DNA of 63,625 bases, the filler included, from Nemertoderma westbladi (Eukaryota; Animalia; Xenacoelomorpha), in NCBI GenBank assembly GCA_032718475.1. It is 3 parts of 3 records of this genome, joined end to end, with 100 filler letters (N's around TTAATTAATTAA, not from the genome) between each part and the next. Parts side by side here need not be neighbours in the genome. Positions count along the whole stretch, not along the records: positions 22,434 to 39,473 come from JAUCBJ010005641.1; 2 more parts are not named here. The stretch is one strand, 5' to 3'. The notes beneath the pieces are model-generated. The model was not told the DNA's origin. It worked only from the letters and a program-made list of their open reading frames with translations, and searched no databases. This document shows, piece by piece, positions 24,771 to 38,700 of the stretch. The stretch's first letter is position 1, and the number at the start of each line of letters is the position of its first letter. The position numbers and the translations under genes are program-made.

Positions 24771-25981
24771 TTACGAGTTAACATCGTTGTAAATATCTGC
24801 CCGATTCATTATGGTTGCAGCACCGCAGTACACCCCCACACCCTGTGGGTGGGTGAGGGGGGGGGGGGGGGGGGTGGTAATGCATGGCAACCTGGTTTAA
24901 TGTTGAACTGATTCATTTCGCAAAGGTTATACTTCTATTCAGAGAAAACGGAACTCAAAAAGTTACTTACAAAACAACCAGAAAGAAAGTAATTTCAAGG
25001 AGACAATAAAAATCAGTGATTATTAATCAAATCTACACCTGCTGCGACTAAAATACAAAGCTACAATAGAAAACCTAAGTTCTGCTTCGATTTGCAAACA
25101 TTTAATGTAATTATAAAAGGCGATCCATTTATTAAAGGAAATGCCCAATGATATATTTGATCAGATATGATAGCATGAGATTGGACTGCAGCTCAGGTGT
25201 ATGGAAATCAACGCGAAATGCTGACCGCTACCCCTAACGCTACAGCTACAACCTACATTACAAACAAAAACTTACCTTTTTATGTGATTTAAAAACATTG
25301 CATTTGAAAATATTGGTAGCACCATCGCGGCAAATGTAACTAAAAATCTTGAGGTCTTGAGAGTCGTGAGATACATAAAAAATCCTGAAAGAAAAAAAAA
25401 GTCATTTTACTGATAGAAAATAAAATATTACTGCAGGTCAAAAAGATATCTGGGGATAATCAGTCAAGCTTCGCAAGTTGTAATTGACACATAAAAATAG
25501 ATGCCACTATTGCGATAATATTAATTTATTGCGTGGATTTTTATTTAAAATAAATAATTTATTATACTTTTAAATTGGTTGGGTGATCAACTAACACAGA
25601 TCTGATTGCGATACAAGCTGGTCGGCAGTTCTACAGTCTACCGCTAGTGGGCTGAAATGAAAACTTTCAGCCCTTTGTTTATATTATATTATAGCCCTTT
25701 GCTTTTATTGCTTATATTTCTTTCTTTCTGATTGAATAAATGGAGCTATATATCTTATATTCTAGACCTTATACTGAGTAATTGTGAGGTTTTAAATCGA
25801 CTGCAGTTACCAATAAGTCTACATTTACTGTTCGTAGCACAGTGATTAGGAGACATCTGCATAGAATTTGCTTATTACTCTTTCTAGTTCTAGTTGACAC
25901 TTAACATAAGACACTATGTGTCACGTGCCGTGCGAAGGCCCTACTTCGTGTATTAATCGTATTCATTTTCAACTAAGTATT

Positions 25982-26065
25982 ATAGTCGCGGTATATCATA
26001 CATTAATTAAAGCGACGATAAAATAGTCGCGGTATATCATACATTAATTAAAACGACGATAAAAT
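25982..26065. repeat. 41-bp tandem duplication
   Basis: ATAGTCGCGGTATATCATACATTAATTAAA(G/A)CGACGATAAA occurs twice. Confidence 0.9.
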
Positions 26066-29000
26066 AAGTTAATGGTTATATGTATTTCTTTATTAATAAT
26101 TAAATATATAAATGATATTAACAAATTCAATTGTGATATTCTATTTTTGAGAATTAAATAATCTATGCATGCTATTAATAAAGTGTAAATCAGCCGGCAA
26201 CAATAAACATCCAATGAAAAAATAATTGCCCACACACAACAGTTCCAAAACAATTAAACACACTTTACTGCAAATTGTCAATATTCATTCCATGTAAATA
26301 AACAGAATATATTCCATATAAGAACAAGGGGTTTAACTAATGCATAACATTAATTGTATTGGGTATCGTGAATAGTGGAATAAATTGGCACAACATTGTG
26401 TCCAGCAAGCTTCAGGCGGTGGTTCTGCAGGGTGATGCTGGGTCCTAGCAATGAGATGATGCCGTATAACTCATATAACAATATAAATGGAAAATAAAAT
26501 ATATATAAAAATTATTTTCACCTTGACTAAGGATATCAGCCTAAATGTGAAAAGTCAAAGTTATCATACTATAAACTATTCTAAATGCGTAACTAGTGGA
26601 ACAAGGGAAAAAAGTTTGAATTGAAAAAAGTTGCACATTAGATTTCCTGTCAACGCGATATCCATTTACACTCCCAGTCGGTACCATAAATAAACTTACA
26701 TGCAACAGCTGACCAAATTAATAACAAAATTTGTCAAACATTCCCATTCAATTTATTAAATATAACTCAATGTTGAATTCCGATTAATGAACGGGCAGTC
26801 ACATACATAATACACAACGAGATCCCTTCTATGGTTAAATGGTCTCCGAGTATGTGATTAACTTCCTGTTGGCGCTGGGCGAATATTTGGGATAGACACG
26901 TTTGTAGGAAGAGAAAACAGGATAATATAGTGGTGGAAATGTTATCCGGTATCAAATTTCGCCAGAATGTTGGAGGGATTAAGGAATAATAATACTGTTA
27001 CAGGTCAATGTGAAACAAACGGATTTAATATCATCTCTATACACAAAATTGTGCTTTAAAGTATAAATACAGGTAGTAAGAAGAGCCTATAGCTGTCAGT
27101 ACAGGTTACTGTAGTCATGCGAAGTGTCAGTAAGATTAGGAAGGGGACATGCCGGTCCATTATCCCTGTGCCGTGCCGACAACACCTCCAAATCATGGGA
27201 GAACAATGTCTCGCCGCAACCAATAACTTTTTGTGTTTTAACAACATTTGTTGTTACGTCAGCGCTATTGGTGACGATGTGTTACCACGGCAACGTCTTA
27301 CTCACCTGTAGACCGGGTGTTGGAACAACAATAAAGACATTTCGTCCCACGTCCACTCCCTTCGATTCCTCTGCGGAACAACAGGGAATTTATGGGGGTA
27401 AAAATACCAACAACTAATTATGCGTTGTGGTTGATAGTGAATGACGGCAATAATATCTTAAACTTAATATTTGAAAATAATATAAAACGTTTTACGCTTA
27501 AAATTATAGTAAACCATCACCCTCATTAACTTTAGATTTCCGTCAACTCTGACTTATATATATATAAATATATTTTTTTATCAGTCAGTTTAATATAAAA
27601 ACTACACAAACGAATGTTGTGGGGCGAGGCTGAAGCACGTGACCAAATCTTTTCATAGTTGTGTGTGGCGAATATATATATTTATTGTCTTCGTCTTAGA
27701 ATTTTTGTGTATAATTCCCAGATAATTTCCTTTCCGTTATTATGTTTATGTATGACAGGTTAACTCTGTTGGCTTGATCCTCTTAAAAAGCCCCCCACCC
27801 TCCCACCTACTCCATTCCAAAATATTTATGAATATTAATATTATATTCCAACGAAATGAAAGCGGCCAGACAACTGGCGTCACCAAAGTAAGGATTATCT
27901 TACTAAAATTCCCAGCAACTATCAAAACCAATCAGTGAGACATTGATTGGTTACAAACAGGAACGGCACATTAGGCCGGGACTGACAGCACCGGCACAGC
28001 AGACACCTGGAACTGTCAGCGCGTTATCTTTCAAGTGGGCTCTAAGTAGGAAGCTTAACCAGATATGGAACGGCGGGTTGACTTGTGGGGCTGGAGAAGG
28101 AATTAAATGGGAATAATATTATTATAAACAATGGAACAGCAGCTATCAGGATCATCTCACATCGCCCATGGCAAAATTCGAAAATTGTAAAACTCAGAAT
28201 TGTTGTGTGGGAAGCAGACAGATTGGATTGGATATTGACGCAATCAAAATGAAACAGTCTATGGAATGGAAAATCACTCAATAACAATAATGTAAATGTA
28301 ACTGTTATTGAAACTACCTTATTGTTTTGGTTTGAATATAATCGCTATATCACTGCAACCTGTTTCTTTGCCTAAATTGAGAATTAACATTGATATTTCG
28401 CCATAGTGTGATTTGCATCTTGTCTATAGTCACCCCTTGTCTGGAAATTAACTTCGACCTCAAATGAAGATGGATATGGTACGGTTAAAAAGTGTTTTAG
28501 TATTCCGAGAAGCTCACCCAACATTTGGTTATAAATTGAACACAAGGAACTTAATTACACAACGACAAAGCAAAGGAATTAACTTCGTCTAAGTCAACTT
28601 CTGTAAAATAGATTAAAAATGATCTCTACATACCCCACTGGGATTCACGGGCTATATTGTAGCAAACCAAGTACTTCCGCAATATAGTATTTTACTCACG
28701 GGAGAAAATGCAGTTTGAGAAAGTAAGCGTTGGGAATTGCAACCCACCATGTAATATAGCCAATAGCAAGATTATAAAAATAATAGGGTTGTCTGTCTTT
28801 TAATAAAATATTCTCGAGAGAGATTCATAATTAAAATGAAGGACCCGCAACCAACAATGCAATGTGCGTACATGTGTGTGTGTATGTATAAGAAGAAAAT
28901 ATAAAATCAAACATAGATACATAATACATACGAACGCACCCATACAAAATCATAAATTATATTAAAACAAATAACATTGAATATAAGAAGAGGCGGGGCG

Positions 29001-29375
29001 GGGGTGCAAAAATAATCTGATTAAACATTGAATGAATTTAAAGTGCAAAACAAGAAAAACCAAGGAAGAAGTCAATAAATTGAAAAAAAAAACATGATTG
29101 ACTGACTAGACCTAATAAAAAAGAATTCAACACATGAGCGTGCAATAAACCAATGACATAAGAATTCTATGCGAGTGCAAATACAATAGATTGAGAAATA
29201 TATCCTAGTCGATGTGTGTGTATGCAGTCTTCAGTATGGAAACACTTGGGTCAATAAGCTTAAAAGTGGCCAAAAAGTGGTACAAATTGACCGAAAATTT
29301 TTTGTCGGAAATTAGTGCCATACCATCCATACACCATTCGAAAGATAATTTCATGGCGAATCTTGTGATGGTAGA

Positions 29376-31221
29376 TCAGTGATGATCATCAATGATGCTG
29401 ACGACAGCAGGCAAGCATCCCAGGCATGGAAATCGATCAATCTGCTTACTGGGCGGAAAAGCCAACCAACCACCAAGGTTAAGGCTGAATCACCAGCCGA
29501 TCGCCTCAATGGTTGGAAAGCCCACTTTGAAAAGCTCCTCAATAATGACAGGGTATTGCCTGATAACTTTATAGAAGTAAAAGTGTCTGAGTCTGTACTC
29601 CCAGATATTCCCATTGGCGATATCTCCTTTGCAGAAGTGAAGGCTGCTGCAAAGAGCATTAAGACCAATCGTGCCAGTGGAGTAGATGGTGTTCCCCCTG
29701 AGGTCTTTAAAATACCTGAGTGTTTAAAGCTCATCTATCCCATCATAGTAGACATGTACCGTACAACAAGAGTCCCACAAGAAATGAAAACAAATAAGTT
29801 GGTGCCAGTTCCCAAGAAGGGCAACCTAACACTCTATGGTTCTTTTCGGGGAATCTCATTGATCTCGATTGCTGCAAAACTATACAATAGAATTCTATTA
29901 AATCGCATCAGGGATCCCATTGGGAGACTGCTACGTGGAAATCAGAATGGGTTCCGTAAAGGTCGTGGGACCATGGAGCCCATTTTGGCACTTAGAAGGA
30001 TAATTGAAGAGTTATCAAAAAAGAAAGACAGGCATCTGGCTGTTATCTTTGTTGACTTCTTCAAGGCCTTTGATTCAGTCTCTTGCTCACGTATGTTCAG
30101 CATACTTTCATTATATGGGATTCCTGATGAAATTATTGCAGCAATCAGATCAGTATACGATGGTTCGACAACATTTGTGTCTACTGTTGACGGTGACACA
30201 GAACCATTTGAAGTGTTATGGGGCGTCCTCCAAGGAGACACACTTGCACCATTCTTGTTCATTATTGTGGTTGACTATGTTCTACGCATGTCCTTAGATC
30301 ATCATAATGATGATGGGGTGATGATAACTCCACCTACTGGCTCCAGAAGTCGAGGAAATCCTGCCAAGTACCTAACTGATCTAGACTTTGCTGATGACTT
30401 AGGAGTACTCTCAGAATCATTAGAGGGAGCCCAGCGGCCCCTCAGCTCATTAGAACATGCTGCTTCTAGTGTTGGTCTTTTTATTAACTCCAGAAAGACC
30501 AAAATTCTGACAGTTAACTTTGAAAGTCCTCAGCAAGTCTCTGATCGGATGAGCATAAGCTCAAAGGATGGTATGCTTGGGCATGTGGACGACTTCTGTT
30601 ACCTGGGATCATGGATCCGGAAGTCAGGTGAGGACCTTCGAATACGTAAGGGAAAGGCATGGGCAGCCTTGAATAGGCTTTCCAGGATTTGGAAGTCACC
30701 TAGAATTAATCGGAAACTTAAGGTCCGATTATTTAGAGCAGCAGTAGTTCCAGTACTCCTCTACGGGAGTCCATGCTGGGCTCTAACTGCTGAAGACACC
30801 AAATCTCTGGATGGCACATTCACAAGAATGCTACGCCGGGTACATTGTGTCAAGTACAATGCACACATCTCCAACCAGACACTATATAACATTGGAGGTG
30901 TCTCATTGGTTCCCCCAAGCTTGACACTAGAACAAAATCGCCTCCGCTTTGCAGGACATTGCTTTCGCCGTGAGGACCAGCCAGTGCATAATCTTGTACT
31001 TTGGCAGCCTCATGGAGTGAATAAGCATGGTGGACAGCCCATGACATGACTTTCTTGAGACGCATCTTAAAGGAAACTGGCCTTAAAGATGCGGATGATC
31101 TAGCAAATGTCATGGGTGATAGGGAGTTGTGGCGGTGCAATTTTGTTGACAAGCCGGCACAGCATTCTTAAAAATGCAGCTGCAATGCAGCATGCCGATC
31201 CTAGTAGTAGTAGTAGTAGTA
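29376..31221 (+). mobile_element. 5'-truncated RTE-group LINE with (TAG)n tail and 11-bp TSD
   Basis: TSD GTGATGGTAGA at 29365-29375 and 31222-31232; RT ORF; short 3' UTR with a GCTGCAATGCAGC stem-loop; (TAG)7 tail. Confidence 0.93.
29379..31171 (+). pseudogene. RTE-type reverse transcriptase, 5'-truncated; ATGAC duplication at 31041-31050 shifts the C-terminus out of frame
   Basis: FRGISL, QNGFRKGR, FVDFFKAFDSV, GVLQGDTLAPFLF, LDFADD, FCYLGS, RLRFAGHC. The paralog at 57241 shows the unshifted MTFLRRIL...KPAQ end. Confidence 0.9.
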
Positions 31222-31247
31222 GTGATGGTAGAGGGAGAGCATGACGC

Positions 31248-33131
31248 GCTGCTCAAAGGGAGATATATAGCAAAAACTAATGTCATATCTGTAACGTTTT
31301 TGTCTACCACTGTAACGCATTACAGTGATGACATTTTTGGGACAAACGTCTGTAACGGCCATCTGTAACGGTAATTATGTTATGGATTTTGCAGTATTTA
31401 TAACTTATTGCTTCGACAATAAGGTAATTTATTGGACAAACATCTGTAACAAACAGCGATATCTGCCAATAACCATCGCATCCATTAAATTATATGTACT
31501 TAATACACATGATTTCAATAAATAGAAAAAGTTTTTCATTAACATTTTTCTGTGTAACCGATAATCTTGTTTTACACGATTTTTTTTTATCCCGTTTCGC
31601 CGCTTCTGTTATGATCTATTATGATCACAATCTGTTATGTTTATGAAATCCCAGGTTGAGTAGCACAACTACCACTTATTGAGTGTAATAGTGTCGTATA
31701 AAAAAATAGTATAGTAGTATAGTAGTATATACAAGCTTGCCAGCGAGAGCTGGCAATAATGGACGGATCCATTACTATCAGTATTGTCGTAATAAATTAC
31801 GCGCCTATGCAGGGTGCCTAATCATGAACAACGAAAAACAAAACATTGGGCAAAGGTCCGTCTGTACAATAAATTGTTTGTTAAAAAACCACTGTTTGTA
31901 GGAAATGTATCTTCTACAATTCTAAACGAAATAAAGCGAAATTTTCCAGAAAGCACATTTTATTAATACATAAAATGTATAGGAAAGAGATTGTATATAC
32001 TTGCAATTAATTCCTAAATTATTTACCACGGACCCAGAAGCTCTGGATTTATACAATTTCATATGTGAAGTGAATCTGCGCTTTACTCCCCAGAATCCAC
32101 AATCACCTCTTCCCGGATAGAGATAAACATGAATCCGTGTTTTACTCCCCTTACGGGATCCAGTAACACTGGACAATGAAAATTAGCTTGAATTCGCATT
32201 TTGCACTCATTTCCGGATTACATGAAAATCCGGATCAGCGTTTTAACCTCAAAATCCGGGTACCGATCCAGATCCGCGTTTTACACTTACCCATCTTGCA
32301 CTACCGAATTACCATGAGCAGTTAGGATGTCAGTAGGAAGACGAAGAACGTATCAAACGCGTAGGCATTCAATATTGTTAGTGATGCCTTATTGTATTAC
32401 AGGATGACACTCCGTTACAGATAGGACTGTCATATAGAATGGACTGAAAACCTACAGTCTGTAACGCATCGATAACTGGTTATATAATGCGTTACAGATG
32501 AGACATCCCTTATCTGTAACGCACTGCACTGTAACGGTGACGCGTTACAGATGGTTGACAAAAACGCTTACCACGGCCATACATCATAGGTGTTTATTTA
32601 TCACATTAACTCTTGGGGTTAATGCGGCATGAATTAAAATTGCCTTTCCACACGTACCATTATACTTGTATGAGATTAATATTATCAAAATCTATGGCCA
32701 CATTTGTAGCGTTACAGATATGGACGTTTATGCTTTCTATATTGACTTTGTTAAACATAAATGCTTCCCAAATGAGATTGCCTTGTCCTTTGTATGTGAT
32801 ATTTGGCCTATATATGTTAGAAACCCTGTAGATTCTAAATATATCAAAACTGTAAACCTACAGTTACTACTTCAGATTCTAGACGTAAATGTTACAGATG
32901 TGACACAAAAATTGAAAAATCCATGCCCATTTTATGTATCGATCTCAAATGGTTCAATATGAATATTATGGCCTGAAATATATCAGAAAAGAAAGCAAAA
33001 CATCTAAGCTTCCCAACAATATATAGGTTTTCTATATATTTGCCACTTGGAGTGATAAAATTTACAGTTGTTTGTGGTCTTGTCATGTAAGGGACAACTG
33101 ATTTTCACGATATTTCAGTCTTTGATGGGGC
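31248..33131. mobile_element. Probable non-autonomous DNA transposon with many subterminal CTGTAAC/GTTACAG motifs
   Basis: About 14 CTGTAAC/GTTACAG motifs clustered at 31289-31450 and 32413-32900; weak TIR (TCAAAG.../...CTTTGA). A nested CCGGAT-rich fragment ends TTACACTTACCC at ~32292. Confidence 0.4.
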
Positions 33132-33556
33132 ATATCTTTTGACTGCCTTTGACTCTTGCCACTGCTTTTGACTCTTCATAATTTTTTGTGCGTAAGCACA
33201 AAAATAAATTAGCTACAAAATAATATATAACTTTATTAAATACGAATAAATTAAAGCATTTAAAATTATATCGTAACTTCCGGACAAACCATTGGCCACT
33301 TTTAAGCTTATTGACCCACAAGTATGTGCAAAGAATAAACACAAGGTTGGGAAATATATAACAACAAATAGAAAAAACTACTTGTTCAAGATTTGGCTGA
33401 GTGCAAGGAAGGCCTTAATATCCTAGGTAGGAGCAATAACAGTATCTTACGCACATTCAGGTGCATACAGTGTGACCTGTCTAAGTCTATTACATTGAGA
33501 TACATAATCTAACATCAAATAAACCGGATGCCACCAGAGGTAAAGGATTTTTAACA

Positions 33557-35089
33557 TTTATTACGTACTTGGTACATGTACCGGTCCGGTACCTGTTTAT
33601 AACATACTTGGTACTTGTACCGGTACTTGTTTATAACGTACTTGATACTTGTACTGGTACTTGTTTATAACGTACTTGGTACTTGTACCGGTACTTGTTT
33701 ATAAAGTACTTGGTACTTGTATCGGTACTTGTTTATAACGTACTTGGAACTTGTACTTGTTTATAACGTACTTGGTACTTGTAGTACATGTACTGGTACT
33801 TAATACTAGTACCGGTACTTGGTACTTGTACCGGTCCGGTACCTGTTTATAACATACTTGGTACTTGTACCGGTACTTGTACGGGTACTTGTTTATAATG
33901 TACTTGGTACTTGTACTGGTACTTGTTTATAACGTACTTGGTACTTGTACCGGTACTTGTACGGGTACTTGTTTATAACGTACTTGGTACTTGTACTGGT
34001 ACTTGTTTATAACGTACTTGGTACTTGTACCGGTACTTGTTTATAACGTACTTGGTACTTGTACCGGTACTTGTTTATAACGTACTTGGAACTTGTACTT
34101 GTTTATAACGTACTTGGTACTTGTACCGGTACTTGTTTATAACGTACTTGGAACTTGTACCGGTACTTGTACGGGTACTTGTTTATAATGTACTTGGTAC
34201 TTGTACTGGTACTTGTTTATAACGTACTTGGTACTTGTACCGGTACTTGTACGGGTACTTGTTTATAATGTACTTGGTACTTGTACTGGTACTTGTTTAT
34301 AACGTACTTGGTACTTGTACCGGTCCGGTATCTGTTTATAACATACTTGGTACTTGTTTATAACGTACTTGGTACTTGTACTGGTACTTGTTTATAACGT
34401 ACTTGGTACTTGTACCGGTACTTGTTTATAACGTACTTGGTACTTGTACCGGTACTTGTTTATAACGTACTTGGAACTTGTACTTGTTTATAACGTACTT
34501 GGTACTTGTACCGGTACTTGTTTATAACGTACTTGGAACTTGTACTTGTTTATAACGTACTTGGTACTTGTACCGGTCCGGTACCTGTTTATAACATACT
34601 TGATACATGTTTATAACGTACTTGGTACTTGTACTGGTACTTGTTTATAACATACTTGGTACTTGTTTATAACGTACTTGGTACTTGTACCGGTCCGGTA
34701 CCTGTTTATAACATACTTGGTACTTGTTTATAACTTACTTGGTACTTGTATTGGTACTTGGTACTTGTACCGGTACTTGTACCGGTACTTGTTTATAACG
34801 TACTTGGTACTTGTACTGGTACTTGTTTATAACATACTTGGTACTTGTTTATAACGTACTTGGTACTTGTACTGGTACTTGGTACTTGTACCGGTACTTC
34901 TTTATAACGTACTTGGTACTTGTACCGGTACTTGTTTATAACGTACTTGGAACTTGTACTTGTTTATAACTTAGTTGGTACTTGTAGTACTTGTACTGGT
35001 ACTTGGTACTTGTACCGGTACTTGTACCGGAACTTGTTTATAACGTACTTGGTACTTGTACCGGTACTTTTTTATAACGTACTTGGAAC
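33557..35089. repeat. GTAC-rich satellite; basic 34-bp unit GGTACTTGTTTATAACGTACTTGGTACTTGTACC with variants
   Basis: About 1.5 kb of directly readable tandem units. Confidence 0.98.
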
Positions 35090-35720
35090 TTTTTTTTTTT
35101 TTTTTTTAGATTATCGCGCAAACGCGCGCAGCACCAGTCTAGCTGGCATTTATTCAAACAGTAAAAACTTAAAAATCATCAAAACATTAAAACCGCATTG
35201 AAAGTGAAGGTTAAAATGTACAGTAATAAAATGGTAGGTAAGTTACCGTTAAATGGGGTTACACAGCACGGCATTCTAAATGCACCCAAAACCAAAAAGC
35301 ATCACGTCTTTTCCCTACCCTAATTGTGAAGTGACATTAAAACCACAAATATCAGGATATATAATAGACCTCGTGTACTAAAATCCTGCTAGGTTTAAAA
35401 TTAAACAATTGAATCAAACAAAATCAAACATAACACGATCAAAATCGATAAATCTGCACTGGGTACTGGGTAGACTCCTACTAGATTTACATTTAGAAAC
35501 CCGAGAAATCTGCACTGGGTACTGGGTGGGTAGTCTCCTACCGCTAAAATGCACGACATACTGTATGGAACCCAAGATCGCGAAAATACAGAGGGTAAAT
35601 CTCCTTAGATCTAGAAACTGCACAAGTACAGGGTAAACTACTTGGTTTACATAACAAAATAGGCTACTAAGTGCACGACATAATGCAACTTAAAATGGAA
35701 AATTGACAGGCTATCATATC

Positions 35721-38700
35721 TCATAATTCAAATATTCTGAAATATTCTTTTATGTGCTTATGCTTTGAACGAAAAGATACACCTGGTATTGAAAAAGTGT
35801 TTGAAATAAAATTAGCTGACATTTGAGAAACTGCTGAGACTTCTGGGGGAGATAGTCGTTCCTTAAGCGATTTATGGCAGTACTGATAGTTGCACAGCGA
35901 TTTAATCGAGGGAAGACTATGCTCTTGTATGGCATATCTTAACGTGCCCCCTAAGCCTTGATACGTCCCTGGATTTCCCAACGCGTTATTTTGAACACCC
36001 AACCTAAAAATCACTTGTAGATTGTAATTGGGAGTAGATAGACCTCGCAGTAGGGTCCCAAGACACGATCTATAGGCTCCCACAGATAAACTATCTGTTC
36101 CAAACAGATGGTTTAGTGTTTCATTCGACACATACGACCCCAAGTGAAGCAAACCTCTCAGCTTCTGGCGATAATATGCATCTAACTTGGCTTTCTCAAA
36201 TTTCTTCAGAGCACCAATCGAGTATTTGTGTCGGTATAAGAACGAGGATAAAGCAATTGATCTCCATAAAAGTGCCACTTTTTCCACTGGATAGTGTTTG
36301 GTAGTCCAACCTTGCTTATGGAATCGATCAGCCAATATTGCCAGAGCCTGGATTGTATTAGCCAACACATTTACATTATTTTGCCAAGACCTTTGGATAT
36401 TAACACCAAGGAAAGTTATCGACTGTGACATATCATGGTGTCGACCATTTAAAAACAGAGTTGGAGGCGGTTTATTCTCCGCTGTATTCCAAGGAGATAG
36501 ATATATCCAATTTATCTTCGAGTCTTCCAACCGCAGCCCTAGTTTGGTTATGTGTGTTTCTATACGAGTTGCCAACTTCTCCATATCCCGTGGACAACTT
36601 GCCATCAGAAGGATGTCATCAGCATATCCAAGAGCACTAAACAACTCATTATATATTCGGCAACCAATCTTACTTTGACCATTGCATGAATAAATATTTG
36701 TAAACATCCCATTTGTGTAATAGTTAAACAGGGCTGGAGATAGAATGGACCCTTGTTTTATTCCATTAAGCATAGTGAAACCATTTTCCGATACAAGGCC
36801 ATTTATGTTAATGAAAAGACGACTAAGCTGATAATAAACAACCAGAATTCTACAGATGTACGGATTGATGACATCGGACATCTTCTGAAACAATTTAATC
36901 TGGTCGACTCCGTCATATGCCGCCGAGATATCCAGCTGACAAACGTATACTCCAGATCCATGCCTGCGATAATGTTCTATACACTCAAGTACAGCACTGA
37001 GAATTACATCACTGCCAATTCCCGATTGATAAGCCAACTGCTGAGGACTGGGTTCCAGAAAAAGATACTCCCTAAGTAATACTCCTTCGAGTACCTTGCC
37101 AAATATGCTGATAGATGATATTGGACGATATGACGATGGTGCACAAACATCCTTTTTCTTCCCTTTGTAGATACAGGTGACTACAGTCTCCCCAAAGAAA
37201 TCAGGCAGGCATCCTAGAGATATGGACTCATTTAATAACTTTGTTACGTGGTAGCACACAACTTCTTTCTCCGAATATAAAAGGTGCTCTACAGTCATCA
37301 TCTGCTTGTCTGGGGACTTATTTCTGTTGAGAAGTAAGATTGTCCGTTCAACCAACTTTTCAGAAATGACTGGTGCCTCAGTTTGACTACAAGCTGAACT
37401 TAGCTTCTCAAGTAAACTATTTATATTTTTCGGTTGAGAACTGTCCTTTTGTAGCTGATTACATAAATAGTCGGTGAGAGGACCTCTCATGGATTCAGCC
37501 GTGGTATCTTTCCGTTTATTATTTACAAAATTCCAAAATCCACTTGGGTTGTGTCTGTAACTGCCAATTAAATGATCAATGCGCTTGGATAAGTGTTGCT
37601 TGGTGAGCCAGTTTTTAAGGTGCCTCGTTGCACGCTTGGAATCTTGAAACATCTGTCCAAAAGTGTCACCCGAATCCTTACCCCTTTCACACCAAATATT
37701 ATATAACTTTTTAGATGTTTGGCATCTTTCCAGTAATTTTTTATTTCGCACCCTGATATTGTTCGACTTCTTTTTGTGCTGTTTCTTGGGTATATATTCA
37801 TAGGCAGTATCATAAAATATTGCTTTCAGCGAATGACCGTACCAATCTATGTCCCTCTTTGTCCACTTTCGATCAAAACAGGAAACAATGTCCTTTAGCC
37901 TATTCAACTTGTGCTCGGTTTCTTGCATACACTTAGATAGCTTTTCCTTACTGCACTTTTCCCACGCAAAACGATGTATCCTTTGTACATTTTTTGTTGA
38001 AATTTTTTCTTTTTCTTCACGTTTTACTTCTAGTTTAAAACAAACGAGGACTGGGACATGATCAGAATTATTGTGAAACTCATCCATACCAAGAACGAAG
38101 CCTTGATGAATACTGTTTGCTCCAGACCTAGATGTCACTATGTGATCGATGTATGATTTGTTGCGTCCATGAAAAGTTACAGTTGGACCTTGAAAAGCTG
38201 AGAATGTGTCCGCTGCATGAATACCTTGTTGCATTAAAAACTCATGAAATATTTTTCCCCTAGCTGATGCATGTTCTCGACTAAAACGCAGTCCCTGCAG
38301 AGGCCCAACATCAGCGTTGAAGTCGCCAATTAGTATCGGGAGACTATTTGGGTACGACTTTAGGATGTTTGTCAGGCGACCTAAGAAGTCATAAAATTCA
38401 CTAACTGGTTTACCAGCATCCGGAGCATATACATTCAGCACTAACAAATCCAAGTTACCCAAAGTAGCCTTGATACCTATGATGTCATTGCTAGATTCAA
38501 GCGGCATAGTGTAGTCAAATAGGTTTTTCCTAATGAGCAAGCCGACTCCCCCACGAACTACTGCACAATGTTTAGTTTGATGGCCAGGAATATATAGGCA
38601 TTCATAATTATTTTTAAAGCTTTCACACCAAATTTTTTCACATTCCGTCCCATCCAACCATAGTTCTTGTATTCCACAAATATCTACATTATGTTCATCC

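Noticed and set aside
26750-28330. Possible coding remnants
   Set aside because: Multiple stops and no motif I can recognise.
33557-35089. Tandem arrays as CRISPR (also 48490-49920 and 55573-55895)
   Set aside because: No unique spacers, no cas genes, and a eukaryotic context; these are satellites or minisatellites.
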